Part shown: in pieces, positions 39,898-48,568 of the stretch
Layout: every line of letters starts with the position of its first letter
Numbering within the stretch: the first letter of the stretch is position 1
NCBI GenBank assembly: GCA_043800065.1
Contig: JAZDNG010000029.1
Location: forward strand, 2,837-66,836
Direction: 5' to 3'
From: Candidatus Omnitrophota bacterium
Lineage (GTDB): Bacteria; Omnitrophota; Gorgyraeia; JAHIPI01
Length of the DNA stretch: 64,000 bases
Notes under the pieces: model-generated
What the model was told of the DNA's origin: nothing
The model's input: the letters and a program-made list of their open reading frames with translations, nothing else
Database searches by the model: none
Position numbers and translations under genes: made by a program

Positions 39898-42366
39898 ATG
39901 AAAATACATAAGGCATATTATACTATAATTATACTATTTATGTGCTCATGCGCATTTTTATCACCCCTCGGTCAGGGTATGGCTTTTTCCAGCGAAGAGA
40001 AGGACTTTCTTTTCGCGAGGCAGGCATTTGAAGATGAGTTTTACGATATCGCAAAAGATAGACTGATTATTTTTATTGGCAATTATCCCGCCTCAAAAGA
40101 GGTTATACCTGCCCATCTTTATCTCGGAAGGTCGTATTTTAAGCTTAATAAGCTGGAGAGAGCCAGATACGAATTTGAATATATACTAGAAAGGCCGGAC
40201 AGCGCTGCTTTTTCGGACGAAGCCGTATATTGGCTTGCCGAGACGCATTTCGCTATTGGCGACTACGCAAGAGCGCTTGAATATTATCAAAAACTTATCG
40301 ATGTATATCCCGCCTCTTCATATATAGTGTATGCTTACTATTCAAGGGGGTGGTGCTATCATAAAATGGGGGAGAACGAGCACGCCATAAGCGCTTTTAA
40401 GGAGATGGCGTCAAAATTCCCGCATAATACGCTTAGTCCGAAGGCCCGCTATATGATCTGCGATATATTCTTCCAGAATAATCAGATAGAAGAGGCCGAG
40501 AAAGAGATAGGCCTCTTTATCGACCATTTTCCGCTTTCTTCGGAAATAGGTAAGGTCCATTACATGAGAGGCGAAATCTATTATAAAAAAGGGGATTTCG
40601 CGAGCGCGGTATCCGATTTTAAAAAGGCAATCGATTGTGCCGGCGCTGCCGATTGGCTGCAATATGCGGAATGTAAATTGGCCCTCGCTTATCTGAAGAG
40701 CGGCAATGCCGGCGAAGCGCTAGTTTATTTTAATAAATGCCTGAACGATTCTAAAGATAACGACTTGCGCGCTACCGCACTTTTCGGCAGGGCAAGGGCA
40801 TTCGATACCCTGGATAGGAATGAGGAAGCGCTTACTGATTATAACGTGCTGATCGATGAATACCCGTCATCCGAATGGTATGATGACGCCCGGCTCTGGA
40901 AGGCCGAGATGTTTGTCAAGTTGGGAAAGCCCGAAGAAGTCGAGAGGCTATATAAGGAAGCAATAGAAGCCGTGACGGATGCCTCTCTCAGCGATGAAAT
41001 CCGCTATAATCTCGGTTTGATTTATATAAAAGATAATAGATATGACGCGGCAGTCGAGATATTTAGGGAATTGTCCAGAAGATCCGGCAATCCCGGATTA
41101 AGGGTAAATTCACTTTTGAGGCTGGGGGATATCTATTTAGCTCAGAAGAAATATAGCGAGGCAAGCAGCGCTTACGATACTATTTTGGAGAAATATCCGG
41201 ATAATCCGTATGCCTCCTACGCCCAATATAAAATAGGCGATATCTTTTATACAGAGGCAAAATATGATTCCGCGATACTTTCCTTCCAGTCGCTCTTTAT
41301 AAATTACCCGCACAGCGAAATTTACGAAAGGGCGAAGTTTCAACTCGCGATGGCATTTTTTGCAAAAGGCGACTATTTCGCCTCAGCCAAAAATTTCGTA
41401 GATTTTGCCAATGAATTTCCGGAAAGCGACAAGAAAGAATGGGCCCTTTTTTACATAGGAAGTTCGTTGTATAATTCTGCCAATTATAAAGAGGGGCTTA
41501 ACTATTTCCGGCAGCTTCTTAAACAGGCGAAAGACCCGGAACTTGTAAAGATAGCGATGTATCAGATAGGGTGGTGCTATTATCAGGAGGGGAACGTAAA
41601 AGAGGCGACATCCGAATTCACGCGGTTTCTTAAGATCTATCCCAATACGGAACTCAGCGCCCAGATACTCTTCTGGTTCGGCGAGCGTTTCTATAATTCC
41701 GGCGATTATCCCAAGGCCTACGCGTATTTCAGTAAAGTGCACGCAGGATTCCCATACAGCAAGATAGCCGGTGACGCCGCCTACTGGAAGGCAAGCGCAC
41801 TTTATAAAAGAGGCGACAGGGTGTCGGCGCTTCAGGAACTTGCCGTCATACCGGTAAAATATCCCGAAAGCGACCTCGCCCCGAAATCGATTCTCAAAAT
41901 GGGCGAGATATTGGTAGAGGCGGGAGATATAAACAACGGCCTTCGTAAATTTGAACAGCTCGCCTATAGTTACCCAAAAAGTGCCTTTGCGAGGGTCGCG
42001 CACAAAGAGACGGGTGAGGCGCTTGAAAGCGTGCGTTCCTACAAGGTGGCCATAGCCCATTACAGAAAAGCGCTTACCGAAGAAGATAGCGAAATGAACG
42101 CCGAAATCCATTACCGCATAGCGGAGTGTCTTGACGGGGACGGTGAATCCAAAGAGGCAATAGAAGAATACCTGAAGGTTTCATATCTTTATCCGTCCGC
42201 GAAATTCTGGGGGATAAAGTCAGAGTTCCGCTGCGCCGAGATATTTGAAAAAAATAACGAAATAGAAAAAGCGAAGAGAATATACGAGCGCCTTGCCAGG
42301 GAACCTACCGAGGAGGGGGTGTATGCCAAGGAGAGACTTTCGTGGTTTGGGGGCAAAACGCAATAA
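39898..42366 (+). CDS. Large exported TPR protein (BamD/CpoB-like repeats)
   Basis: N-terminal signal peptide; many 'YP.S...A.Y..G' TPR pairs. Confidence 0.85.
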   Translation: MKIHKAYYTIIILFMCSCAFLSPLGQGMAFSSEEKDFLFARQAFEDEFYDIAKDRLIIFIGNYPASKEVIPAHLYLGRSYFKLNKLERARYEFEYILERPDSAAFSDEAVYWLAETHFAIGDYARALEYYQKLIDVYPASSYIVYAYYSRGWCYHKMGENEHAISAFKEMASKFPHNTLSPKARYMICDIFFQNNQIEEAEKEIGLFIDHFPLSSEIGKVHYMRGEIYYKKGDFASAVSDFKKAIDCAGAADWLQYAECKLALAYLKSGNAGEALVYFNKCLNDSKDNDLRATALFGRARAFDTLDRNEEALTDYNVLIDEYPSSEWYDDARLWKAEMFVKLGKPEEVERLYKEAIEAVTDASLSDEIRYNLGLIYIKDNRYDAAVEIFRELSRRSGNPGLRVNSLLRLGDIYLAQKKYSEASSAYDTILEKYPDNPYASYAQYKIGDIFYTEAKYDSAILSFQSLFINYPHSEIYERAKFQLAMAFFAKGDYFASAKNFVDFANEFPESDKKEWALFYIGSSLYNSANYKEGLNYFRQLLKQAKDPELVKIAMYQIGWCYYQEGNVKEATSEFTRFLKIYPNTELSAQILFWFGERFYNSGDYPKAYAYFSKVHAGFPYSKIAGDAAYWKASALYKRGDRVSALQELAVIPVKYPESDLAPKSILKMGEILVEAGDINNGLRKFEQLAYSYPKSAFARVAHKETGEALESVRSYKVAIAHYRKALTEEDSEMNAEIHYRIAECLDGDGESKEAIEEYLKVSYLYPSAKFWGIKSEFRCAEIFEKNNEIEKAKRIYERLAREPTEEGVYAKERLSWFGGKTQ

Positions 42367-42395
42367 TTCGTATAAACGAAAAGGGGGATAAATAA

Positions 42396-43028
42396 ATGTT
42401 GGACATGATCCAAAAAGGTGGCCCGGTGATGTGGCCTATAATACTTTGCTCCATATTCGCGTTCGCGATACTTTTGGAGAGGGTGTGGCATCTGCACAGG
42501 GCAAAAATAGACACCGTAGATTTTATGAACAAAATCGCAAGCACTTTAAAGCGCAATAAGATTATGGAAGCGATAGAGATGTGCAATAATACTCCGGGCC
42601 CTATTGCCCAGATAATGAAAGCGGGCATTTTGAAGCACGACAGGCCTCGCAACGAAATAAGAGAGGCGATAGAAGATGCTGGTATTCACGAGGTGCCGAG
42701 GCTCGAAAAGAATCTGAGCGCGCTTGCTACCATAGCGCATATCTCGCCGCTTTTGGGGCTTTTGGGTACGGTTACCGGCATGGTCAAGTGTTTCCAGGTA
42801 ATACAGGAGAAGTCCACATCGCTAAATCCCATAAACCCGGGAGATTTAGCCGGCGGAATATGGGAAGCGCTTATTACTACCGTGGCCGGACTCGTAGTGG
42901 CCATCCCGACATATGTTGCGTACAACTATCTGGTAAGCCGGGTGGACAATTTTGTGCTTGAAATGGAAAAGGCCGCAACCGAACTTATGAACATACTTAC
43001 GACAAGAGGTGACAGGTATGAGGTTTAA
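42396..43028 (+). CDS. MotA/TolQ/ExbB proton channel protein
   Basis: 'SPLLGLLGTV.GM', 'GIWEALITT..GL'. Confidence 0.92.
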   Translation: MLDMIQKGGPVMWPIILCSIFAFAILLERVWHLHRAKIDTVDFMNKIASTLKRNKIMEAIEMCNNTPGPIAQIMKAGILKHDRPRNEIREAIEDAGIHEVPRLEKNLSALATIAHISPLLGLLGTVTGMVKCFQVIQEKSTSLNPINPGDLAGGIWEALITTVAGLVVAIPTYVAYNYLVSRVDNFVLEMEKAATELMNILTTRGDRYEV

Positions 43029-43419
43029 ACGCAGGACAGAGATCGTAAAGGGCCAGATAGATATCGCGCCGCTTATCGACGTAGTCTTCCAGCTCCTTAT
43101 CTTCTTTATGCTGACGTCCAGTTTCATAGTGCAGCCGGGCATAAAGGTAAACCTGCCAAAGGCCGTTACGAGCGAGGTGCTTCATGAAAAGAGCCTTATA
43201 ATACTCATAACCGGTTCCGATATGGTCTACCTTAACGAGCGCGCCATCACGACTAAAGAACTCGACTCAAGGCTCAGGATTGCCGCAAAAGAAAAGAAAC
43301 CACTTTTAATCAAAGCCGACAGGCGCGCTTCTATGGGGAAGATAGTGGAGATATGGGACATGTGCCGGGATGCGGGCATTACGCAGATTAACATCGCAAC
43401 CTCGCAGGAGATCAAATAG
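43018..43419 (+). CDS. exbD: ExbD/TolR biopolymer transport protein
   Basis: 'IAPLIDVVFQLLIFFM', 'VNLP', 'IKAD'. Confidence 0.9.
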   Translation: MRFKRRTEIVKGQIDIAPLIDVVFQLLIFFMLTSSFIVQPGIKVNLPKAVTSEVLHEKSLIILITGSDMVYLNERAITTKELDSRLRIAAKEKKPLLIKADRRASMGKIVEIWDMCRDAGITQINIATSQEIK

Positions 43420-43422
43420 CGC

Positions 43423-44163
43423 GTGAATAGATTGATTTTTGTGAATAGGGCTTTCGGCATAGCGCTTGCTATATCAGTTTTGTGGCACATCGTAGCTATT
43501 AGCGCTGTGAATATAGTAGCGTTGCCCGGCGGGTACAAGATGAGAGAACTTACTGCCGTTTCGTTCTTGGGCCCTATATTAGAAAAGACAGCGCTTGATA
43601 TAATGATGGCCAACAAACCGGTTGCGGTGAGGACCGATTACGAGGTTAATAATAAGATGGCGCTCGAGGTCCGCACATGGATGAAAGAAGTCCCTGTTCA
43701 AGATAAAGCCGCGATGGATATGGCGAAAAAAAGTGAGGAGAAGATAGGCGAATCACTTGGCATATCTTTTCGCGAAACTAAAGAGGTGCCGGCATTCACG
43801 AGGCGCCCCAGGAAGTCAAGGCGTGCGGCTCGGCAAAAAGAAGGTGAGATCTCGGGGGACGTAGCTCAAAGAGAGGTCTTTTATAAGCCTGAGAAACCGC
43901 GTGTGCCCGAGCCTATTTCAGGTGCCGCGCCTTTTAATATGGAATTGAAATTTTCTGTATCGCCTCAGGGGGATGTGCGGGAGGTGATACCGCTAGTCTC
44001 TTCGGGTAATGCCGACGCGGATCTTCTGGGAATAAGGTACCTGAAAAACTGGAAATTCACCCCGTTAGAGAAAGCTACTTCTCTAACGGGGTTCACGCCG
44101 TTAGGAACGAGTGCCCAAAATGAGCAATGGGGCGTGGCCAGGATAGTTTTGTCGAGGGAATAG
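43423..44163 (+). CDS. TonB-like energy transducer
   Basis: TM with 'S...H' motif, C-terminal 'V.P.G.V.......SSG...D.......WKF'; follows exbBD. Confidence 0.7.
   Translation: MNRLIFVNRAFGIALAISVLWHIVAISAVNIVALPGGYKMRELTAVSFLGPILEKTALDIMMANKPVAVRTDYEVNNKMALEVRTWMKEVPVQDKAAMDMAKKSEEKIGESLGISFRETKEVPAFTRRPRKSRRAARQKEGEISGDVAQREVFYKPEKPRVPEPISGAAPFNMELKFSVSPQGDVREVIPLVSSGNADADLLGIRYLKNWKFTPLEKATSLTGFTPLGTSAQNEQWGVARIVLSRE
44056..44095. repeat. In-frame palindromic insertion in the TonB-like gene
   Basis: Perfect 13-bp stem CCCCGTTAGAGAA/TTCTCTAACGGGG (44060-44091) flanked by TTCA on both sides; net +36 nt. Confidence 0.75.
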
Positions 44164-44169
44164 CGCGTC

Positions 44170-44493
44170 ATGATAAAGCTGGATATATCGCAAGCGGTGT
44201 TTTTGTACCTTCTTTTTTCCGTAATAGGCGTCTTTCTTTTATGGATATTTTTCGAGGAGAAGACAAAGCTTCCAAGTTTCGGCGAGGAAAAATTTTATGT
44301 ATGGCAGTGCAGCATATGCACTCATACATATGTAGATAGTATAAACAGCAATATATCCAAATGTCCGTTGTGCCAAAGTCTCAACGAACGCAAAAAAGAG
44401 GGAGGGCAAGATGACGGATCCAAACGTAATAAAGGACGAGCTCATACCGATAGCTTCCCCGCTAAAGGTGCTGCAGTCGGTGACAGTAAATAA
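44170..44493 (+). CDS. Small membrane protein with CxxC...CxxC zinc ribbon
   Basis: N-terminal TM, 'CSIC' and 'CPLC'. Confidence 0.65.
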   Translation: MIKLDISQAVFLYLLFSVIGVFLLWIFFEEKTKLPSFGEEKFYVWQCSICTHTYVDSINSNISKCPLCQSLNERKKEGGQDDGSKRNKGRAHTDSFPAKGAAVGDSK

Positions 44494-44680
44494 AAAATTC
44501 GGCTGGTGGTCGGCTGTTGTGTTAGTGGAGTCATGGGGGAGAAAGCAATTGTGTTTTTATCTCTGGCAGAAAAAACCAGACGGCGGCTGGCGCAGGAAGC
44601 AGAAATTCGCCGTTCACAGCCAAGAGCACTGGGGGCTGATGACGAATGCCGTTGATAAGATGATAGGCGAGCTGAATTAA
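44411..44680 (+). CDS. Hypothetical protein
   Basis: GGAGG RBS before ATG; plausible beta-rich sequence. Confidence 0.6.
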   Translation: MTDPNVIKDELIPIASPLKVLQSVTVNKKFGWWSAVVLVESWGRKQLCFYLWQKKPDGGWRRKQKFAVHSQEHWGLMTNAVDKMIGELN

Positions 44681-44700
44681 GATACGGTAAGATATACAAA

Positions 44701-45024
44701 ATGAAAAAATCCGGATGCATCGCAATCTTTACCGCCTGCCCTACAGAAAAAGAGGCCGAGCGCATAGCGGGCGAATTGATAAAGAAAAAACTTATCGCGT
44801 GCGCAAATATGATACGGGGCGCGAGGTCTATATTCCGCTGGAAGGGGCATGTTGAAAGAACGGGCGAAACGCTCCTCATAATGAAAAGCTTAAAAAAGAA
44901 TTTCAGCCGGATTGATAGAGCGATAAGAGATCTGCATAGTTACGAAGTGCCGGAAATAGTATCTTTTTCTATTGACGAAGTGAGTAACGATTATTTAAAA
45001 TGGATAAGAGAGTCGGTGAGGTAA
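44701..45024 (+). CDS. cutA: Divalent-cation tolerance protein CutA
   Basis: 'LIACAN', 'S.FRWKG', 'LHSYEVPEI', 'YL.WI'. Confidence 0.93.
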   Translation: MKKSGCIAIFTACPTEKEAERIAGELIKKKLIACANMIRGARSIFRWKGHVERTGETLLIMKSLKKNFSRIDRAIRDLHSYEVPEIVSFSIDEVSNDYLKWIRESVR

Positions 45025-45025
45025 A

Positions 45026-45111
45026 GGTAGTCCCTCGACGCGCTCGCTTAAACATAGCTGCGAGCTCGCTTGCTCGGGACGAATTTTTGCAAGCAAAAAT
45101 TCGGAGGCAAT
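45026..45111 (+). repeat. Structured repeat, copy 1 (GTCCCTCGAC...GCTCGGGAC plus AATTTTTGC-NN-GCAAAAATT hairpin), ending at an RBS
   Basis: Near-identical to 50615-50701 with a compensatory G-C/A-T change. Confidence 0.8.
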
Positions 45112-45537
45112 ATGAGAAAATTATTAACAATTATTATTTTGGCAGTGGTAGTGGTTATGGCGCCTATTTTTGCAAACGCAATGCGCTCAAGCACTCAGAC
45201 TCCGGACGTGAAGTATATTTCGCCGCGAAACGACCACCAAGTGGACCTCACAGGAAAAGAGGGCCTGACTTTTGAGTGGCATTCAATCCCGAAACCCGGC
45301 GGCGGTCGCGAGGCGTACCGTTTTGAATTATTTAAGGGATCGGAAGATAATTACAACAGAATATATAGCGTAGAATTGAAGCGGGACGTCTGCACTATAG
45401 ATATTCCGGCCGACATGTTTGAAGACGGGGCGATGTATAGCTGGCTCGTTAAACAGCGCGACGCAAGGACATCAGCCTGGTCAAGGGCCGGAGACAGATG
45501 GCGCTTCACCGTAATTAAAAAGGGCGGGGTGAAATGA
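45112..45537 (+). CDS. Exported hypothetical protein (Ig/FnIII-like), paralog A
   Basis: Signal peptide from ATG 45112 after GGAGG; aligns with 45534-45950. Confidence 0.7.
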   Translation: MRKLLTIIILAVVVVMAPIFANAMRSSTQTPDVKYISPRNDHQVDLTGKEGLTFEWHSIPKPGGGREAYRFELFKGSEDNYNRIYSVELKRDVCTIDIPADMFEDGAMYSWLVKQRDARTSAWSRAGDRWRFTVIKKGGVK

Positions 45538-45950
45538 AGAAGACACTTCTTTTTTTAGCAATATTCCTTTTTGCCGGCGCTTCGCTTTTATACGCTTTTG
45601 GCCGCGGTGCTGCCGATTTTACGCCGTGCGTGGAATATTCAGAGCCAGCCGATGACCACGAAGTGGACCTGACAGGAAGGGAGATCCTGACATTTAAATG
45701 GCGCCCTGTTCCGATCCCGAGCGGTATGCGCGACTCCTACCGCTTTGAACTTTTTGAAGAAAGCCGAGGATATACGGACAAAAGGATCTTCAATAAGGAT
45801 CTCGCGCCCGACGTGTATTCCATAGATGTTCCCGCGGAGCTCTTTAAGAACGGGGAGGATTACACCTGGTCTGTCAGGCAGCGCGACCAGATGACTTACA
45901 ACTGGTCAAGATCCGGCAACAGGTGGCGTTTTACGGTTATTAAGAAATAA
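45534..45950 (+). CDS. Exported hypothetical protein (Ig/FnIII-like), paralog B
   Basis: Shares 'DH.VDLTG.E.LTF.W', 'YRFELF', 'Y.W.V.QRD', 'WSR.G.RWRFTVIKK' with paralog A. Confidence 0.75.
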   Translation: MKKTLLFLAIFLFAGASLLYAFGRGAADFTPCVEYSEPADDHEVDLTGREILTFKWRPVPIPSGMRDSYRFELFEESRGYTDKRIFNKDLAPDVYSIDVPAELFKNGEDYTWSVRQRDQMTYNWSRSGNRWRFTVIKK

Positions 45951-45958
45951 TTTCAATT

Positions 45959-46032
45959 GGGGCCGTAGTAAAGCGGGATTACGCAGCGTTCGCAACGCTG
46001 AGTCACGGGTTCGATTCCCGTCGGCTCCACCA
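45959..46032 (+). tRNA. tRNA-Ala(CGC)
   Basis: GGGGCCG/CGGCTCC acceptor with G3:U70, anticodon arm CAGCG-TT-CGC-AA-CGCTG, TTCGA T-loop, encoded CCA. Confidence 0.93.
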
Positions 46033-46035
46033 CTT

Positions 46036-46159
46036 AACGATTTGGTCTTCGCCCCCAAAAAGTAAGGAATGTGCTTTTTGGGGCTCCGACCTCGCCTTTG
46101 GCGGGGGCTCGCGCCCAAATCGTTTTAAGGGGACTCCGCCTTAGGCGGATTCCCCTTAA
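46036..46159. repeat. Multi-hairpin palindromic element after tRNA-Ala
   Basis: AACGATTTGG/CCAAATCGTT enclosing two hairpins, then TTAAGGGGA-CTCCGCCTTAGGCGGAT-TCCCCTTAA. Confidence 0.65.
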
Positions 46160-46202
46160 TGTACCTCTTTCAAAAATACAAGTTTCCACCATTTTGCAAA
46201 AT

Positions 46203-47678
46203 ATGAGAAAAATAGTTTTACTTCTAATACTTACAGCCTTTATATCTATCGCCCGGGCGGCGGAGGTAAAAGATGCTGATCTTGCCGACTCGTGGTATCC
46301 GGCATCCCCAGGTGTCCTCTCATCTACCTTAGACAGTTACTTAAAAGAGGCGAAGGCAAATCCGGTCAAAGGCGATATCGTCGCTATTATTGCTCCGCAC
46401 GCAGGGCTTGTATATTCGGGCCCGGTTGCCGCATATGCATATAAGGCGGTTCAGGGCCGCGATTATAAAACAGTGGTACTTCTGGGATTTTGCCACAGGG
46501 CGCCCTTCGGAGGCATATCCATTTACAAAGACGGCTATTTCAATACGCCTTTAGGGGCCATAGAGGTGGATTCCGATTTTGCGTCAAAACTTATGGCGCG
46601 TGTCAAAGAGGCGTCATTTTATCCTCAAGCTTTTACAGGCGAAAATTCCGTTGAGATGCAGCTATTGTTTATAAAGAAGGTTCTGCCCGGAGCGAAAATC
46701 ATTCCCATAGCTTTCGGAGGCAGCTCCTTCGCAAATTGCGAAACACTCGCAAGCGCTTTGGCGGATATGGCGAAAGGCCGGAATGATGTTTTGATTGTAG
46801 CTTCAACTGACATGAGCCATTACCATACTGAGCAAGATGCGCGAAAAATTGACCTGGCGAGCGTGGAACTTCTGAGGAATTTTGCCGCAAAGGAGATTTA
46901 TGATAAGTCGGTTAAGCGCGAACAGATATTCTGCGGCTATATGCCTGTTGCTACAGTACTTCTTGCCGCAGGGGATATAGGCGCCGATAATATAGATATA
47001 CTCCAATACGCAAATTCGGGCAATATCACCGGCGACATGAAGAGCGTCGTCGGTTATGTCAGCGCCGTTATTTATAAAGATTTCGCCGCACCCGGCGATA
47101 AACCCGGGGCTCGAGCCAAGGGAGGAACAATGCTTAACGATTTACAGCGTAAAACGTTACTTAAGATCGCAAGGGATACCATAGAATCTTATCTCAAAAC
47201 AGGGAATGTGCTTCAGGTAAATGAAGACGACCCTGTCCTTAGTAAGGAGATGGGCGGCTTTGTTACTCTGCACAAGAAAGGCCAGCTAAGAGGTTGCATA
47301 GGGAATATAATAGGGAAAGGGCCGCTTTACCTTACAGTGCGCGATATGGCTATAGAGTCAGCTACCGGCGACCCGCGTTTTCCGAAAGTAAAGTTGGATG
47401 AGATGAAAGACATAGATATAGAGATTTCAGTCCTTTCGGAACTTGAAAAGGTAAAGGACGCAAACGAAATCCAAATGGGTGTTCACGGTGTCCTTGTACG
47501 CAGAGGGTTTAATAGCGGCGTATTCCTGCCGCAAGTCGCCACAGAAACCGGCTGGACTAAAGACGAGTTCATGGCGAACCTTTGCGCGCATAAAGCAGGC
47601 CTCCTGCCGGACGCCTGGAAGCACGGCGACGTCGACATTTATATTTTTACCGCGGAGGTCTTTGGGGAGAAGGAGTAA
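46203..47678 (+). CDS. AmmeMemoRadiSam system protein B (MEMO1) fused to protein A (AMMECR1)
   Basis: 'WYP', 'PHAG..YSG', 'STDMSHY', 'CG', 'VGY'; then 'FVTL...LRGCIG', 'DPRF', 'FLPQVA'. Confidence 0.9.
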   Translation: MRKIVLLLILTAFISIARAAEVKDADLADSWYPASPGVLSSTLDSYLKEAKANPVKGDIVAIIAPHAGLVYSGPVAAYAYKAVQGRDYKTVVLLGFCHRAPFGGISIYKDGYFNTPLGAIEVDSDFASKLMARVKEASFYPQAFTGENSVEMQLLFIKKVLPGAKIIPIAFGGSSFANCETLASALADMAKGRNDVLIVASTDMSHYHTEQDARKIDLASVELLRNFAAKEIYDKSVKREQIFCGYMPVATVLLAAGDIGADNIDILQYANSGNITGDMKSVVGYVSAVIYKDFAAPGDKPGARAKGGTMLNDLQRKTLLKIARDTIESYLKTGNVLQVNEDDPVLSKEMGGFVTLHKKGQLRGCIGNIIGKGPLYLTVRDMAIESATGDPRFPKVKLDEMKDIDIEISVLSELEKVKDANEIQMGVHGVLVRRGFNSGVFLPQVATETGWTKDEFMANLCAHKAGLLPDAWKHGDVDIYIFTAEVFGEKE

Positions 47679-47832
47679 GGGGACGTTTCCCTTTGTCCTA
47701 ACATATTGTGCGGCAGGAAATTACAACACCTAGATTTCCAATTTCCCTATAGGCAAAAAAGGAAAAACCGGAAAATGGCACTCTGTAATTGCTTATCAGA
47801 TAAGAAGTTACAACAAAGAGAAACGTCCCCTT
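47677..47832. mobile_element. 156-bp MITE-like element with GGGGAC-type 20-bp terminal inverted repeats
   Basis: AAGGGGACGTTTCCCTTTGT 47677-47696 vs ACAAAGAGAAACGTCCCCTT 47813-47832 (19/20 complementary). Confidence 0.7.
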
Positions 47833-47836
47833 TTTT

Positions 47837-48568
47837 ATGAGTAGATTTTACGTGCCGCCGGAGGCGGTAAAAAATGGTAAGATATACGCCGGGAAAGACG
47901 AGAGCCGGCATATCTCAAGTGTCATGCGGCTTAAGGAAGGCGATGAGGTAACAGTCTTTGACGGTTCCGGCAAGGAATATACCGGCAGAATAGAGTCAGT
48001 AAGAAATAAAAATGTGATCATAAATATAGAAAAGACCGTTGCCTCTCCCATAGAGCCTTCCGTCCGCGTAACTCTCGCGCAAGTCTTGATAAAAAAAGAT
48101 AAAATGGATTATATCGTCGAGAAGGCCACAGAGCTTGGGGCTCTCGAGATCATCCCCCTTGAAACGGGACGAACGGTTGTCCGTCCCGACAAAGCCGCAG
48201 GCGGCCACAAATTTGAGAGATGGCAAAGAATAGCGATTGAAGCCGCGAAGCAATGCGGCAGAAGAGATCTGCCAAAGATTAAAAAAATAAATACATTCGA
48301 TGAGATGCTGGATATATTTCCGCAGTACGATATGGTTCTTATGCCATGCCTGTCCGAAGAGACTATTCCGCTAAACAAGGCGATAACCTCCGCAAAAGAT
48401 CCTAAAAATATACTTCTTCTGATAGGTCCTGAAGGCGATTTTACTCCCGACGAGATAGAGCGCGCGCGCCAAAAAGGGGCTATTCTAGTTTCGCTAGGCA
48501 ATCTTGTGCTAAAAAGTGATACCGCCGCAGTCGCAGCCCTCGCGATGATTAATTACGCATTCTTATGA
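47837..48568 (+). CDS. rsmE: 16S rRNA m3U1498 methyltransferase
   Basis: 'H...VMRL', 'EKATELG', 'EAAKQCGR', 'IGPEG'. Confidence 0.93.
   Translation: MSRFYVPPEAVKNGKIYAGKDESRHISSVMRLKEGDEVTVFDGSGKEYTGRIESVRNKNVIINIEKTVASPIEPSVRVTLAQVLIKKDKMDYIVEKATELGALEIIPLETGRTVVRPDKAAGGHKFERWQRIAIEAAKQCGRRDLPKIKKINTFDEMLDIFPQYDMVLMPCLSEETIPLNKAITSAKDPKNILLLIGPEGDFTPDEIERARQKGAILVSLGNLVLKSDTAAVAALAMINYAFL

Noticed and set aside
44411-44493. 83-nt overlap of two small ORFs as a possible programmed frameshift
   Set aside because: The downstream ORF has its own GGAGG-ATG; a run-on tail of the upstream ORF explains the overlap
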